From contig DAOVER010000029.1 in assembly GCA_030668875.1 (NCBI GenBank), positions 1-32,000 on the forward strand: DNA of 32,000 bases, in the 5' to 3' direction. This document shows, one piece after another, positions 1 through 8,766 of the stretch; the stretch's first letter is position 1; each line of letters opens with the position of its first letter. Source of the DNA: Candidatus Heimdallarchaeota archaeon (GTDB lineage Archaea; Asgardarchaeota; Heimdallarchaeia; Heimdallarchaeales; Heimdallarchaeaceae). The notes under the pieces were generated by a model, which was not told the origin of the DNA, ran no database searches, and saw nothing but the letters and a program-made list of their open reading frames with translations. The position numbers were made by a program, and so were the translations under genes.

Positions 1-2
1 CA

Positions 3-569
3 TATCGTCCTTTTGAATTAAATCTAAAAAAAGCAGCACTCTTAGTTCTGGATATGCAAAATTACTTCGTGAATGAAGAGTCTCATGCTTTCGTTCCTTC
101 CTCTTTAAACATAATAAGCTCTATCCAAGAGATTTCCAAGATTATTCAAGAGATGGGAAACAAGGTAATCTTCTCTAGACATTTAGATGCTAAAAACGAA
201 TCGAGTACAATGAATAGGTGGTGGAAAGACAATATTATACCTGATAACAATCTTTCGAAAATCTCCCATTTGTTAAACAAACAATCAATAGAAATTATAG
301 AGAAAAGCCAATACAGCGCATTTTATGGGACGAAACTAGAAGCAATTCTCAAAGATAATGATATTGAACAAGTTATCATAACTGGAGTGATGACACATCT
401 TTGCTGCGAGACAACTGCGCGAGATGCTTTCATGAGAGGGTTTGAAGTTTTCTTTGTGATAGATGCCACAGCTACATATACAGAAGAACTACACTTAGGA
501 ACTCTAAGAGCAATATCACATGGCTTTGGTACATGTATATCAACAGAGGAGATAATCAATGAAGAGTAA
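3..569 (+). CDS. Isochorismatase/nicotinamidase-family cysteine hydrolase (5'-truncated by the window edge)
   Basis: The frame is open from base 3 (YRPFELNLKKAALLVLD-MQNYF), giving the family motif ALLVxDMQNxF. The ATG at 54 in the ORF track is therefore internal, just after the catalytic Asp. Catalytic Lys in EKSQYSAF and Cys in GVMTHLCCETTARDA are present. Confidence 0.9.
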   Translation, partial: YRPFELNLKKAALLVLDMQNYFVNEESHAFVPSSLNIISSIQEISKIIQEMGNKVIFSRHLDAKNESSTMNRWWKDNIIPDNNLSKISHLLNKQSIEIIEKSQYSAFYGTKLEAILKDNDIEQVIITGVMTHLCCETTARDAFMRGFEVFFVIDATATYTEELHLGTLRAISHGFGTCISTEEIINEE

Positions 570-1488
570 ATTAATAACGAAGGTTGCTTTGATTGGTGGG
601 GGACCGGCCTGTGCAACTGCTGCAATTCAACTGACCAGATCTGGAATTGACATAATCCTTATTTCCAAGGAAATAGGAGGAACTATCAAAAATGCTAATC
701 TTGTTGAAAACCTCATTGGTTATCCTAATGGTGTTGTTGGAAAAGATTTCGCTAAATCATTTCAATTACAACTGACAAAAGCTGGTGTTCCAATCATTCT
801 AGAAGAAGTTCTAACCGTTGAGCAAACGGGCAACAAGTATACAACTAAAACAGCTGAAACAGAAATAATAAGCGAATATCTCATTATAGGCACTGGATCA
901 ATCCCTAAGAAATTAGATGTTGAGGGTGAAAAAGAAGCTTTTCTAAATGGAAAATTGTTTTATGAAATGTATAATGTTAAACAATCTACAGACAAAAAAG
1001 ATATCGGTATAATAGGAAGTGGGGATGTAGCATATGATTACGCTCTAAATCTTCAAAATATAGCGAACAAAATAGCAATTATACGTAGAACTGATAAAAC
1101 ATCGAGTCTTCCAATTTTACAAAAAAGAGTGAAGAATACAGAGAACATTGTTGTTCTCAATAATCATGTAATAAAGAAAGTAGAGCTTAAAGACGATAAA
1201 ATAATCCTTGAACTAGACGAGGATGGAAAACCTATCACAATGATAAAAGACTTAGTTTTGGTTGCTATAGGTAGAAAACCAAATCACGATTTTCTCTCTG
1301 AGGTCATAATCTCTGAGTACAATAGTCCAAAATCAGATTCGAAACTACATTTTATTGGTGACGTTAATAAAAATAATTTCAGACAAGTTTCAATTGCAAT
1401 GGGTGATGGAATGAAGGTTGCAATGGAAACAGTAAAAAGGATTATAGAAAAAGAGGGATATCATGGAGCTTCTGGGCAAGTATGGTAA
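559..1488 (+). CDS. Thioredoxin-reductase-like FAD/NAD(P)H oxidoreductase lacking the CxxC redox motif
   Basis: FAD motif IGGGPA, GG...VENLIGY, GTGS, NAD(P)H motif IIGSGDVA, C-terminal FIGDV. LFYEMYN occupies the position where TrxR has SYCATCD. Start overlaps the upstream stop. Confidence 0.85.
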   Translation: MKSKLITKVALIGGGPACATAAIQLTRSGIDIILISKEIGGTIKNANLVENLIGYPNGVVGKDFAKSFQLQLTKAGVPIILEEVLTVEQTGNKYTTKTAETEIISEYLIIGTGSIPKKLDVEGEKEAFLNGKLFYEMYNVKQSTDKKDIGIIGSGDVAYDYALNLQNIANKIAIIRRTDKTSSLPILQKRVKNTENIVVLNNHVIKKVELKDDKIILELDEDGKPITMIKDLVLVAIGRKPNHDFLSEVIISEYNSPKSDSKLHFIGDVNKNNFRQVSIAMGDGMKVAMETVKRIIEKEGYHGASGQVW

Positions 1489-2404
1489 AGAAGATTTAGC
1501 AATTCTTTACATAGCTAAACAAGAAGATAAAATTGTAGAATTTGTTGAAAGTCTACAACCTCCTATTCCTAGAGAAAAAAAATGGGTTCTTGTTATTTCT
1601 ACCATGTATGGCTGTCCCATCGGTTGTTTAATGTGTGACGCTGGAGAATACTATCATGGTAATATCTCTAAAGAAGGAATGTTAGAAGAAATCGATTATA
1701 TGATTAAAGATCGTTTTCCGGATGGTAAAATTCCAATTGAGAAATTTAAGATCCAGTTTGCAAGAATGGGAGAACCTTCTTTGAACAATGATGTTCTAGA
1801 AGTCTTGAAGGAGTTACCAAAAACATATGACGCTCCTGGATTAATGCCTTGCATAAGTACAATCGCACCCAACGGGGGTGAGGATTTTCTAAATGAACTT
1901 ATTTCTGTAAAAGATGAGTTTTATCCAAATGGAAATTTCCAGCTTCAATTTTCTATACATTCTACTGATGAAAATATGAGACATAAATGGATAACATCAA
2001 ACATCTGGAGTCTTGGAGAAATTTCTAAATACGGTGAAAAGTGGTTTAAGGAAGGAGACAGAAGAATAACATTGAATTTCGCAGTTGCAGCTGATTCTAT
2101 TATTGATCCAGATGTTATTCTAAAGCACTTTGAACCTTCAAAATATTGGATCAAACTCACTCCTATTAATCCTACTAGCAAAGCACAAAGTAATCAGTTT
2201 AAGAGTGCTATTACAGAAGAAAACACAGAATTCTTTCCTTTGGTTAAAGCTTTTCGAGAAAGAGGATTTGATGCTGAAATTAGTATTGGTGAATGGGAAG
2301 AGAACGACATAGGCACTAATTGTGGTCAATTTGCAACAAAGTACATAAATGGTAAAGTAGGAATCAAAGAAACCTATACAACCACAGAATACAAAATGGA
2401 CTAA
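1463..2404 (+). CDS. RlmN/Cfr-like radical SAM protein (short; no RNA-binding N-terminal domain)
   Basis: C51xxxC55xxC58 (GCPIGCLMC), RMGEP, LQFSIHS, IKLTPIN and C-terminal NCGQ (C287), which are all RlmN-family hallmarks. Confidence 0.85.
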   Translation: MELLGKYGKEDLAILYIAKQEDKIVEFVESLQPPIPREKKWVLVISTMYGCPIGCLMCDAGEYYHGNISKEGMLEEIDYMIKDRFPDGKIPIEKFKIQFARMGEPSLNNDVLEVLKELPKTYDAPGLMPCISTIAPNGGEDFLNELISVKDEFYPNGNFQLQFSIHSTDENMRHKWITSNIWSLGEISKYGEKWFKEGDRRITLNFAVAADSIIDPDVILKHFEPSKYWIKLTPINPTSKAQSNQFKSAITEENTEFFPLVKAFRERGFDAEISIGEWEENDIGTNCGQFATKYINGKVGIKETYTTTEYKMD

Positions 2405-2418
2405 TATATCCTAAAATA

Positions 2419-3123
2419 GTGAGTTCAACCAGTCATTTTTACGAAAAAGATTTATGCAAATTTCTTAATTTTGTGTATGGAGAAAAAAGCGAAGCAAATT
2501 TACTCATAGGTTCTCTATCAACTTTATACATAACAGTGTTTCTGATTTATATCTTAAGACCTCTTGATCTATTCCTAGAAGAATTTTCGAGATTTTTAGC
2601 GTTGTTTGGACTTTTATCATTGTTTGTTTCAAGTATAATGGCGGCTTTTACTCGGGAGATATTTCAAGTATTGGGAAAACCCTTCAAAAAAGTTCATCAC
2701 ATCATTGCTCTAACGGCACTAGGTTTGATAACATTTCACCCCATTTTCGTTGTGATATTCTCTAGTGATGTTTCTTTGTTCCTTCCCAATTTTGGCAGTT
2801 TGTCTCTCTTTATGACATATGCAGGAGCCCCCTCTTTATATCTAATTCTTCTAGCAACTTTAGCAGGTTATTTCCAAAGAAAAATACCTAAGTTCTGGAG
2901 ATACATTCATGGATTAAGCTATGTGGCTTTGATATTTGGTGTTATACATGGAATTAAGATTGGAGGACATTTTAGTTCATCAATTGCATTAAAAATAATA
3001 TACATCCTTATGTTAGTATTAACTACGTTTGCATTTGGTTTCAAGAGATACAGAAATTACAAGAAGAAAAGAAGAATAAGGGAAAAGCAAGCTAAGAAAA
3101 AAGAAAAGGATAAAATTATGTGA
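2419..3123 (+). CDS. Ferric-reductase-like (MsrQ/NOX-type) di-heme transmembrane protein
   Basis: Several hydrophobic helices with two His pairs, KVHH-x12-H and WRYIH-x12-HG. Basic C-terminal tail. The GTG start is uncertain. Confidence 0.75.
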   Translation: MSSTSHFYEKDLCKFLNFVYGEKSEANLLIGSLSTLYITVFLIYILRPLDLFLEEFSRFLALFGLLSLFVSSIMAAFTREIFQVLGKPFKKVHHIIALTALGLITFHPIFVVIFSSDVSLFLPNFGSLSLFMTYAGAPSLYLILLATLAGYFQRKIPKFWRYIHGLSYVALIFGVIHGIKIGGHFSSSIALKIIYILMLVLTTFAFGFKRYRNYKKKRRIREKQAKKKEKDKIM

Positions 3124-3130
3124 ATATAAT

Positions 3131-4093
3131 TTACTTCTGTGGAACTATGAAGAATTTTCTATCATTATAAATAACGGACTTAATTTTTCCTTCTTTTTCC
3201 ATTTTTAATAATAAGTTCTCAACATCATTTTTGTAAAAAGTTTCTAAAAGTGAGTAGACTTGATCTTCTCTTAGGGGATGTCTTTGAGCTATTTCTATAA
3301 TATTTTGTTCAGGAGGAGCTGTTTTATCGATAGAAGTCACATCTGATGTTTCATAGAGAGAGATGCTTTCTGCTGAAAGAATCTTTTGAGCTTCAAGAAG
3401 AACTTCAGGATCAGGTATTTTCACCCAACTTTCTGCTGGAGGTCGTATTGGAACATTGATAAAAACTTTATCAAAACCAATCGAATCAATAATATCCTTA
3501 ATTTTACTTAAAATCTCTGGTGTGTCATTCTTTCCTTTAACAAGCATAACTTCTACCCAAAACTGCCCTTTATATTCCTCTCTAAACTGCTTCATGCCTT
3601 CAATTATGCTTTTTAGGTTTATTTCTTTATGAGGTCGATTAATCAAACGAAATAGTTTTTCTGTGGGAGCATCGAGAGTAGGTAAAATTACATCAGCATT
3701 AAGTAAATCGTGTCTAACATCTTCTCGATATAGTAATGCACCATTTGTGATGACAGCTATGGGGAAAGATGTTTGTTTTTTCAGACTATTAATTAAGCTC
3801 CCTAAACCAGCATAGAGTGTTGGTTCTCCATCACCCACTATGGTGACATAATCAATTTGGTCTGTTATTAGAAGAGCCTTTTGAACCTCTTCGACAATTG
3901 CTTCTGAAGGAAAAAAGTCTACTCTTTTATTTGTAAAATTAGTTGTTCTACCTAATTGACAATAAATACAAGTGAAATTACATGTTTTTCGTGGGATAGG
4001 ACTTATGCCTAAGGATCGACCTAATCTTCTCGAAGGAACGGGTCCAAATACATACTTGAATGAATGTTCTTGTTTCTTTTTCAACTGCTGCAT
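3131..4093 (-). CDS. Radical SAM protein, COG0731-type (YVFGPVPSRRLG family), function unknown
   Basis: YVFGPVPSRRLGRSLGI, CNFTCIYC, GDGEPTL, ITNG, WVEVMLVKGKND. Confidence 0.85.
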   Translation of the reverse strand: MQQLKKKQEHSFKYVFGPVPSRRLGRSLGISPIPRKTCNFTCIYCQLGRTTNFTNKRVDFFPSEAIVEEVQKALLITDQIDYVTIVGDGEPTLYAGLGSLINSLKKQTSFPIAVITNGALLYREDVRHDLLNADVILPTLDAPTEKLFRLINRPHKEINLKSIIEGMKQFREEYKGQFWVEVMLVKGKNDTPEILSKIKDIIDSIGFDKVFINVPIRPPAESWVKIPDPEVLLEAQKILSAESISLYETSDVTSIDKTAPPEQNIIEIAQRHPLREDQVYSLLETFYKNDVENLLLKMEKEGKIKSVIYNDRKFFIVPQK

Positions 4094-4282
4094 CTCTTTA
4101 ATAGAGGCTTCTTAGAATGAACTACTTATTGTAAAGAGTGTAAATTCAGATTAATACTTTTAGATAAGGACAGAATTAAATTAAAAAATCTAAAGTATCC
4201 ATATATAGTTAAACAATTTTTTTTGGAAAAACTTCAAATCTGGCAAGGTCTGATAAAAAAAGAGGATAATTCTTATAAATTT

Positions 4283-5182
4283 ATGAAGCATTTTGTTAAT
4301 ATTGTGTTGAAACAAATTCGCATTTCTATTAAAATTCTCATTATTTTACTATTTGCTTTTGGAAACACCACTGTAGTATCTCTTCAAAGTGAATTAAACA
4401 AAAGCATAGAGTTTTCTGATATTGTGGGATACTGGAATTTTGATGAAGGTGAAGGCGAGGAAGTAATGGATAGTAGTCAAAATAATAATGATGGGATTCT
4501 AAGTGGAGCTGAATGGACAAATGAAGCTATAAAAGGAAAAGCTCTTTCTTTTGATGGAATTGATGACTATGTTAGAATAGAAGACTCAGATACTTTATCT
4601 ATTCATGATGGGTTTTCAATAGAATTATGGATAAAAGCAGATAATTTTTCAGGTGATGGTGGAAGCAGTGGGAATCCCTTAGTTTGTAAATGGACCTTAT
4701 GGACAGAAGGAGAATTTCATTTTTCGTCTTGCACAGGTGGGGATTTAATACTTTACTTAAGTAGTGGTACAGCAGTAGCTACTACTAGAGCATACAGTGT
4801 GCTGGATACAAATACTTGGTATCACTTAGTAGCTACTTGGAATGGGAGTTATGTCAAATTATATGTAAATGCAACAACTATAGCCACAAGTCCAACATAT
4901 TTTGATTCATTAAATACAGAAGAACATGAGGAAGAGTATCTACAAATTGGTCACGATACTGGTGGATCAGGTTGGTGGTTTGATGGCATCATTGATGAAG
5001 TAATCATATATAATAGAGAATTAAGCGAACAAGAAATTCGAGATAATTTTTCTAATCCTTCTCCCTCAATGCCTATAACTACAGTTGATGTACACATGGT
5101 TATTGGTTTCCTTTGTGTAGTATTCCTCTCTTTGAGTGTTTCCAAGAAAAGGATTATTTTGTATCTTAGAAAAAAAGAATGA
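4283..5182 (+). CDS. Secreted or membrane-anchored LamG-like jellyroll (Laminin_G_3) protein
   Basis: VGYWNFDEGEG, GKALSFDGIDDYV, FSIELWIK, WYHLVATWNG, FDGIIDEVIIYNRELS. N-terminal hydrophobic signal and C-terminal TM helix. The ORF is open from TTG 4223; ATG 4283 is preferred. Confidence 0.85.
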   Translation: MKHFVNIVLKQIRISIKILIILLFAFGNTTVVSLQSELNKSIEFSDIVGYWNFDEGEGEEVMDSSQNNNDGILSGAEWTNEAIKGKALSFDGIDDYVRIEDSDTLSIHDGFSIELWIKADNFSGDGGSSGNPLVCKWTLWTEGEFHFSSCTGGDLILYLSSGTAVATTRAYSVLDTNTWYHLVATWNGSYVKLYVNATTIATSPTYFDSLNTEEHEEEYLQIGHDTGGSGWWFDGIIDEVIIYNRELSEQEIRDNFSNPSPSMPITTVDVHMVIGFLCVVFLSLSVSKKRIILYLRKKE

Positions 5183-6061
5183 TTATTGTGGGTGGTATTC
5201 CACATTTCCTTCTTTGTCTATTGTTGCTCCGGCGTGTCTTAATGCCCAACAAGAGATTACTACTCCTACTGGTAATGATGCTGGATGTCTTGCTGCGAAT
5301 TCCATGTGTACGTCTAATACAGATGATCCTTCTCCTAGTCCCATAGCTCCAATTTCAAGTTTGTTCAAGGTTTGCAGCATCTCTTTTTCTAAACTAGCAA
5401 TCTTTTCATCTTCATGATATTCATAAAGAGGTCTCAAAAGAGCTTTCTTGCCAAGATTCATACACATATCTTCTCCTCCTCCGACCCCAACACCAACAGT
5501 ATATGGAGGACAACCTAAGGGACCAGCAGCTGCTACCGCTTCAACTACAAATTCTTTAACACCTTTGATACCTTTTCCTGGTGGAACCATCTTCATTTTT
5601 CCGACGTTGCTAGAACCACCACCTTTAGGCATGGCAATGATTTCGCACTTATCTCCTTCTACTAAATCAAAATAAAACCAAGGAACGTATCCTCTTAATC
5701 CAACATTGTTTTTTGTGTTGCCCTTGAACATATCCACAGCATTAGGTCTGAGAGGTACACTAGAAGTTGCTTTCTTTGTTGCTTCAATCAGAGCTGTTTT
5801 TACTTCTGATCTAATTGGGAACTTATCGCCGATTTTTACGAAAAAGGCTACAAGACCAGTATCTTGGCACATTGGTTTACTTTGTGTTTCAGCGATGTGA
5901 ACATTTTCATTAATTGCATGTAATTGAGACTTGCCTAAACTGCCTTCTGTTTCGGCTTCGTCTTTGATCAATGTATTTTTTACCTCTGTAGGTAATATTG
6001 TTGCAGCGATTTTCAGTAATCGTGCAGCTGTATCTTCTACTACTTGTGCTATATCCTTCAT
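5183..6061 (-). CDS. Class I Fe-S fumarate/L-tartrate hydro-lyase, alpha subunit
   Basis: PMCQDTG, PKGGGS, GCPPY, HPASLPV, SCWALRH (three cluster cysteines). Confidence 0.92.
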   Translation of the reverse strand: MKDIAQVVEDTAARLLKIAATILPTEVKNTLIKDEAETEGSLGKSQLHAINENVHIAETQSKPMCQDTGLVAFFVKIGDKFPIRSEVKTALIEATKKATSSVPLRPNAVDMFKGNTKNNVGLRGYVPWFYFDLVEGDKCEIIAMPKGGGSSNVGKMKMVPPGKGIKGVKEFVVEAVAAAGPLGCPPYTVGVGVGGGEDMCMNLGKKALLRPLYEYHEDEKIASLEKEMLQTLNKLEIGAMGLGEGSSVLDVHMEFAARHPASLPVGVVISCWALRHAGATIDKEGNVEYHPQ

Positions 6062-6062
6062 A

Positions 6063-6662
6063 CTAGTTCAACTCCTGTAAAATCTTATCACGATTTGCAG
6101 CAATGTTCTTCTTTGAATCATCAGTTAAATTTCCACCATGTGAATCTATTGTTATTGTTAAAGGACCAAAGCTTTCGACTTCGAAGTACCACAGACATTC
6201 CGGCATTCCTAGTTCTTCATACCAAAAAACATCTTTTACCTTCTTTATTCTGTCAGCTGCTAATAGAGCTGCTCCACCTGTGAAGTATCCATAGATGCAA
6301 GTTTCCTCTTGACATGCTTTTGCAGTTCTTTCACCCATTCCACCTTTTCCGATGATTATTCCAGGATGAAATGTTTTTATGAATTCATCTTGAAAGATTT
6401 CCATTCTTGCAGATGTAGTTGGTCCTGCTGCAACAACTATCCACTCACCATCATTATTTTTTTTCATTACTGGACCACAATGAAAAAGACCTATACCAGT
6501 GAAATTTACAGGTGGTTTTTTACCTTCTTTGTGAAGTTCTAATGCTTTAAGATGAGCTTCATCTCTGGCAGTGACAACTGTACCGGTAAGGTACACTATA
6601 TCCCCTATCTTGATTTTTTTCAGTTCTTCGGGTGGTATTGGAGTAGTTAAATGGTATTCCAT
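6063..6662 (-). CDS. Class I Fe-S fumarate/L-tartrate hydro-lyase, beta subunit
   Basis: TARDEAH, HCGP, AGPTTSARM, GKGGM, GGAALL, FGPL-IDSHG. ATG 6662 has an upstream GAGGA SD-like sequence; the ORF track starts at 6686. Confidence 0.92.
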   Translation of the reverse strand: MEYHLTTPIPPEELKKIKIGDIVYLTGTVVTARDEAHLKALELHKEGKKPPVNFTGIGLFHCGPVMKKNNDGEWIVVAAGPTTSARMEIFQDEFIKTFHPGIIIGKGGMGERTAKACQEETCIYGYFTGGAALLAADRIKKVKDVFWYEELGMPECLWYFEVESFGPLTITIDSHGGNLTDDSKKNIAANRDKILQELN

Positions 6663-6824
6663 AAGTCCTCTGAAAACTAGAGACATGTAAATCTTTCTGA
6701 ATGGACTTACAAAACCTTAAACAGCCTTCTGTGTTATTTTAGGGGTTTTAGTCTATAAGAGCTTAAAACATTAAATATAACCTCTACAAATATAATCAAA
6801 GCTTTATTCGGACAGAGTTACGGA

Positions 6825-7601
6825 GTGAACCTTGTGGAAACCTATGACGAGATCATAAGAGTGATTGCCAAACATGTGCTAAAAGCAGAGACAATCATTT
6901 TTTTTACCGGTGCTGGTACAAGTGTCCATAGTGGTATTCCCGATTTTCGTTCCGATGGAGGACTGTGGGAAAAATTCAACCCTCTTGAAGTAGCAACTAT
7001 CAGAGCTTTTAGAAAAAACCCTGATAAAGTGTGGGAGTTCTTTCGAATAATTTATGAGGACTTTCAACCTGTGGAACCTAATAAGGGTCATTATGCAATT
7101 ACAGAGATTCAACAAATAAAAGGAGAGAATAAGGTTCACATAGCAACACAAAATATTGATGGACTTCATCAGAAATCTGGATCTACAAATGTATACGAAT
7201 TACACGGAAATCCTGACATAATGCACTGTATTAGATGTTCTCATGAGGAACAGATGAATTACGAAAAACATATTGAACCAGAAAAATACCCCTTATGTCC
7301 TAAATGTGAAAATCCTCTAAAACCAAAAGTAATACTCTTTGGAGAACCTCTGGACATGGAAGTTTTTAACTCTGCAATGAGAGTATCCAATAGGAGTGAT
7401 ATAGCTGTTGGAGTTGCTACTAGTTTAGAAGTTTTTCCAGCTGCTAATATTCTTTTATCTCCACCTCCGCCAACTAAAAAAGCACTATTCAATCTTACAC
7501 CTACCTTATACAACGCCCAAATAGATTACTATGTTGAGGGAGACATAATTGAAACCTTACCTACTTTGGCTAGAATTCTGAAAGAAATAAGTCAAAAATG
7601 A
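6825..7601 (+). CDS. cobB: Sir2-family NAD-dependent protein deacylase
   Basis: TGAGTS-SGIPDFRS, TQNIDGLH, ELHG, CxxC...CxxC zinc site, KPKVILFGE. GTG start. Confidence 0.93.
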   Translation: MNLVETYDEIIRVIAKHVLKAETIIFFTGAGTSVHSGIPDFRSDGGLWEKFNPLEVATIRAFRKNPDKVWEFFRIIYEDFQPVEPNKGHYAITEIQQIKGENKVHIATQNIDGLHQKSGSTNVYELHGNPDIMHCIRCSHEEQMNYEKHIEPEKYPLCPKCENPLKPKVILFGEPLDMEVFNSAMRVSNRSDIAVGVATSLEVFPAANILLSPPPPTKKALFNLTPTLYNAQIDYYVEGDIIETLPTLARILKEISQK

Positions 7602-7682
7602 AAATTTTCAAGTTATATCCAGAGAATCATAGAAAATTTAAAGTATTCAGTCTATTATTATAAATTGTAAGGATGATTTAAA

Positions 7683-8696
7683 ATGTCTGAAGAAAAAGAA
7701 CATAGTAGCTATGAAGAGACTGCAAAAGATGTCATAGAAGAGATGGATGAGATGGATGATGTTCAATCTGAAATTTCTAAACGAGTAGAAGAAGAGGAAG
7801 AAGAAATGGAAACACAAGTAGTTGAGGAAGAGACAGCAAAAGAACCTGAAGAGACAGCAAAAGAACCTGAAGTTACAGCTAAAATACCTGAAGATAAAAA
7901 AGATGAAAAGAAAAAGAAAAAAGAAGAACGGGTAGTTTATTCTCACATTGATGTTGATCTTTGGAGAACTAAAATGCACCGAGAAGAATGGGGTATTCGC
8001 TTAGATGCTCAAAGAGCTCAAAAAGATCGCCAATGGACTCGCGACATGGATATGATTGGCGAGATTAAAAAAGACGGTGAAACTTATGGTTTTCTTGGTC
8101 AAAGAGAAAAATTATGGAAGAATAAAGACCCTCTAGAGAGAAGATTTGTCATGAAAATGTTCTCAAAAGGTGGTTACTGGCGAGGTAGCATAGAAAGATT
8201 GCAGGGAGAAAGTTTCGCGAATTCTCATGCAACTAAGGAACCTTGTCCTTCATACGTTTGTATTTTCAAACATACTAGGAATCTATATAGAATCAAGAGA
8301 TTGGCTCATTTCCCAAGATTTCAAGGAGAAGTTTTCGGTTTCAGTTATCTTGATGAAAATGATGTATTTCAAACATTTGTGATAGATGACAAAAGGTTAA
8401 CCTTCGGTAGCGATTGGATGATCAAAGACATTCACAACAAGATTATTGCCAAAATTGATGGTAAATTCATGAACTTGGGTGGAAGATTCAATATTGATAT
8501 TTTCGATGAAGTACTTGCAAATGATAAGACATTTTACAATATAATGATTCTATTCAGCGCCACACTTCGTTTCCATAAAAATATCAAGAAAAATATCAAG
8601 AAAGCTCTAAAAGAGCTTAGGATTACAGATGCTAAAGTTAAATTAGATGATAGTGAAACAAACCTATATTTGAATCCTCGAAAACTATCAATTTAA
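7683..8696 (+). CDS. Hypothetical protein: acidic low-complexity N-terminus plus a LURP-one/Tubby-C/scramblase-like domain
   Basis: E/K-rich first ~85 aa. The C-terminal beta-rich region with KRLTFGSDWMIKDIHNKIIAKIDGKFMNLGGRFNIDI is followed by a hydrophobic helix (FYNIMILFSATL), matching the recalled LURP-one pattern. Confidence 0.55.
   Translation: MSEEKEHSSYEETAKDVIEEMDEMDDVQSEISKRVEEEEEEMETQVVEEETAKEPEETAKEPEVTAKIPEDKKDEKKKKKEERVVYSHIDVDLWRTKMHREEWGIRLDAQRAQKDRQWTRDMDMIGEIKKDGETYGFLGQREKLWKNKDPLERRFVMKMFSKGGYWRGSIERLQGESFANSHATKEPCPSYVCIFKHTRNLYRIKRLAHFPRFQGEVFGFSYLDENDVFQTFVIDDKRLTFGSDWMIKDIHNKIIAKIDGKFMNLGGRFNIDIFDEVLANDKTFYNIMILFSATLRFHKNIKKNIKKALKELRITDAKVKLDDSETNLYLNPRKLSI
7827..7889 (+). 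repeat. In-frame 21-bp tandem repeat x3 (EETAKEP/EETAKEP/EVTAKIP)
   Basis: gaagagacagcaaaagaacct is exact at 7827-7847 and 7848-7868 and degenerate at 7869-7889. A related unit occurs at 7713-7730. Confidence 0.95.
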
Positions 8697-8727
8697 TTCT
8701 TTCTTCTATTTTTTTTCTTTACTTTTT
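8697..8727 (+). terminator. Oligo-T archaeal-type terminator
   Basis: T-rich run immediately after the stop codon at 8696. Confidence 0.55.
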
Positions 8728-8766
8728 ATATGTAAATAATTTTAAATGGTTGTAGGATGCAGAAAG

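Noticed and set aside
54-569. ATG 54 as the start of the first gene
   Set aside because: The frame is open upstream and the catalytic Asp motif lies before this Met.
323-625. Antisense and alternate-frame ORFs (323-625, 1945-2181, 2130-2329, 4951-5205, 5136-5900, 6044-6542, 6879-7513, 7647-7979, 11174-11464, 12165-13045, 13314-13502, 14554-14778, 17179-17640, 19432-19620, 21804-21995, 22770-23048, 23890-24575, 26078-27579, 27733-29390, 30380-31020)
   Set aside because: They overlap well-supported genes, have no motifs, and show compositions expected of shadow ORFs.
3131-4093. Calling the radical SAM protein Tyw1/Taw1 wyosine synthase
   Set aside because: It lacks the N-terminal auxiliary-cluster region I associate with Taw1 and matches the related but uncharacterised GPVPSRRLG family.
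7827-7889. CRISPR or mobile-element repeat
   Set aside because: The units are contiguous, in-frame coding repeats with no spacers, and no cas or transposase genes are in the window.
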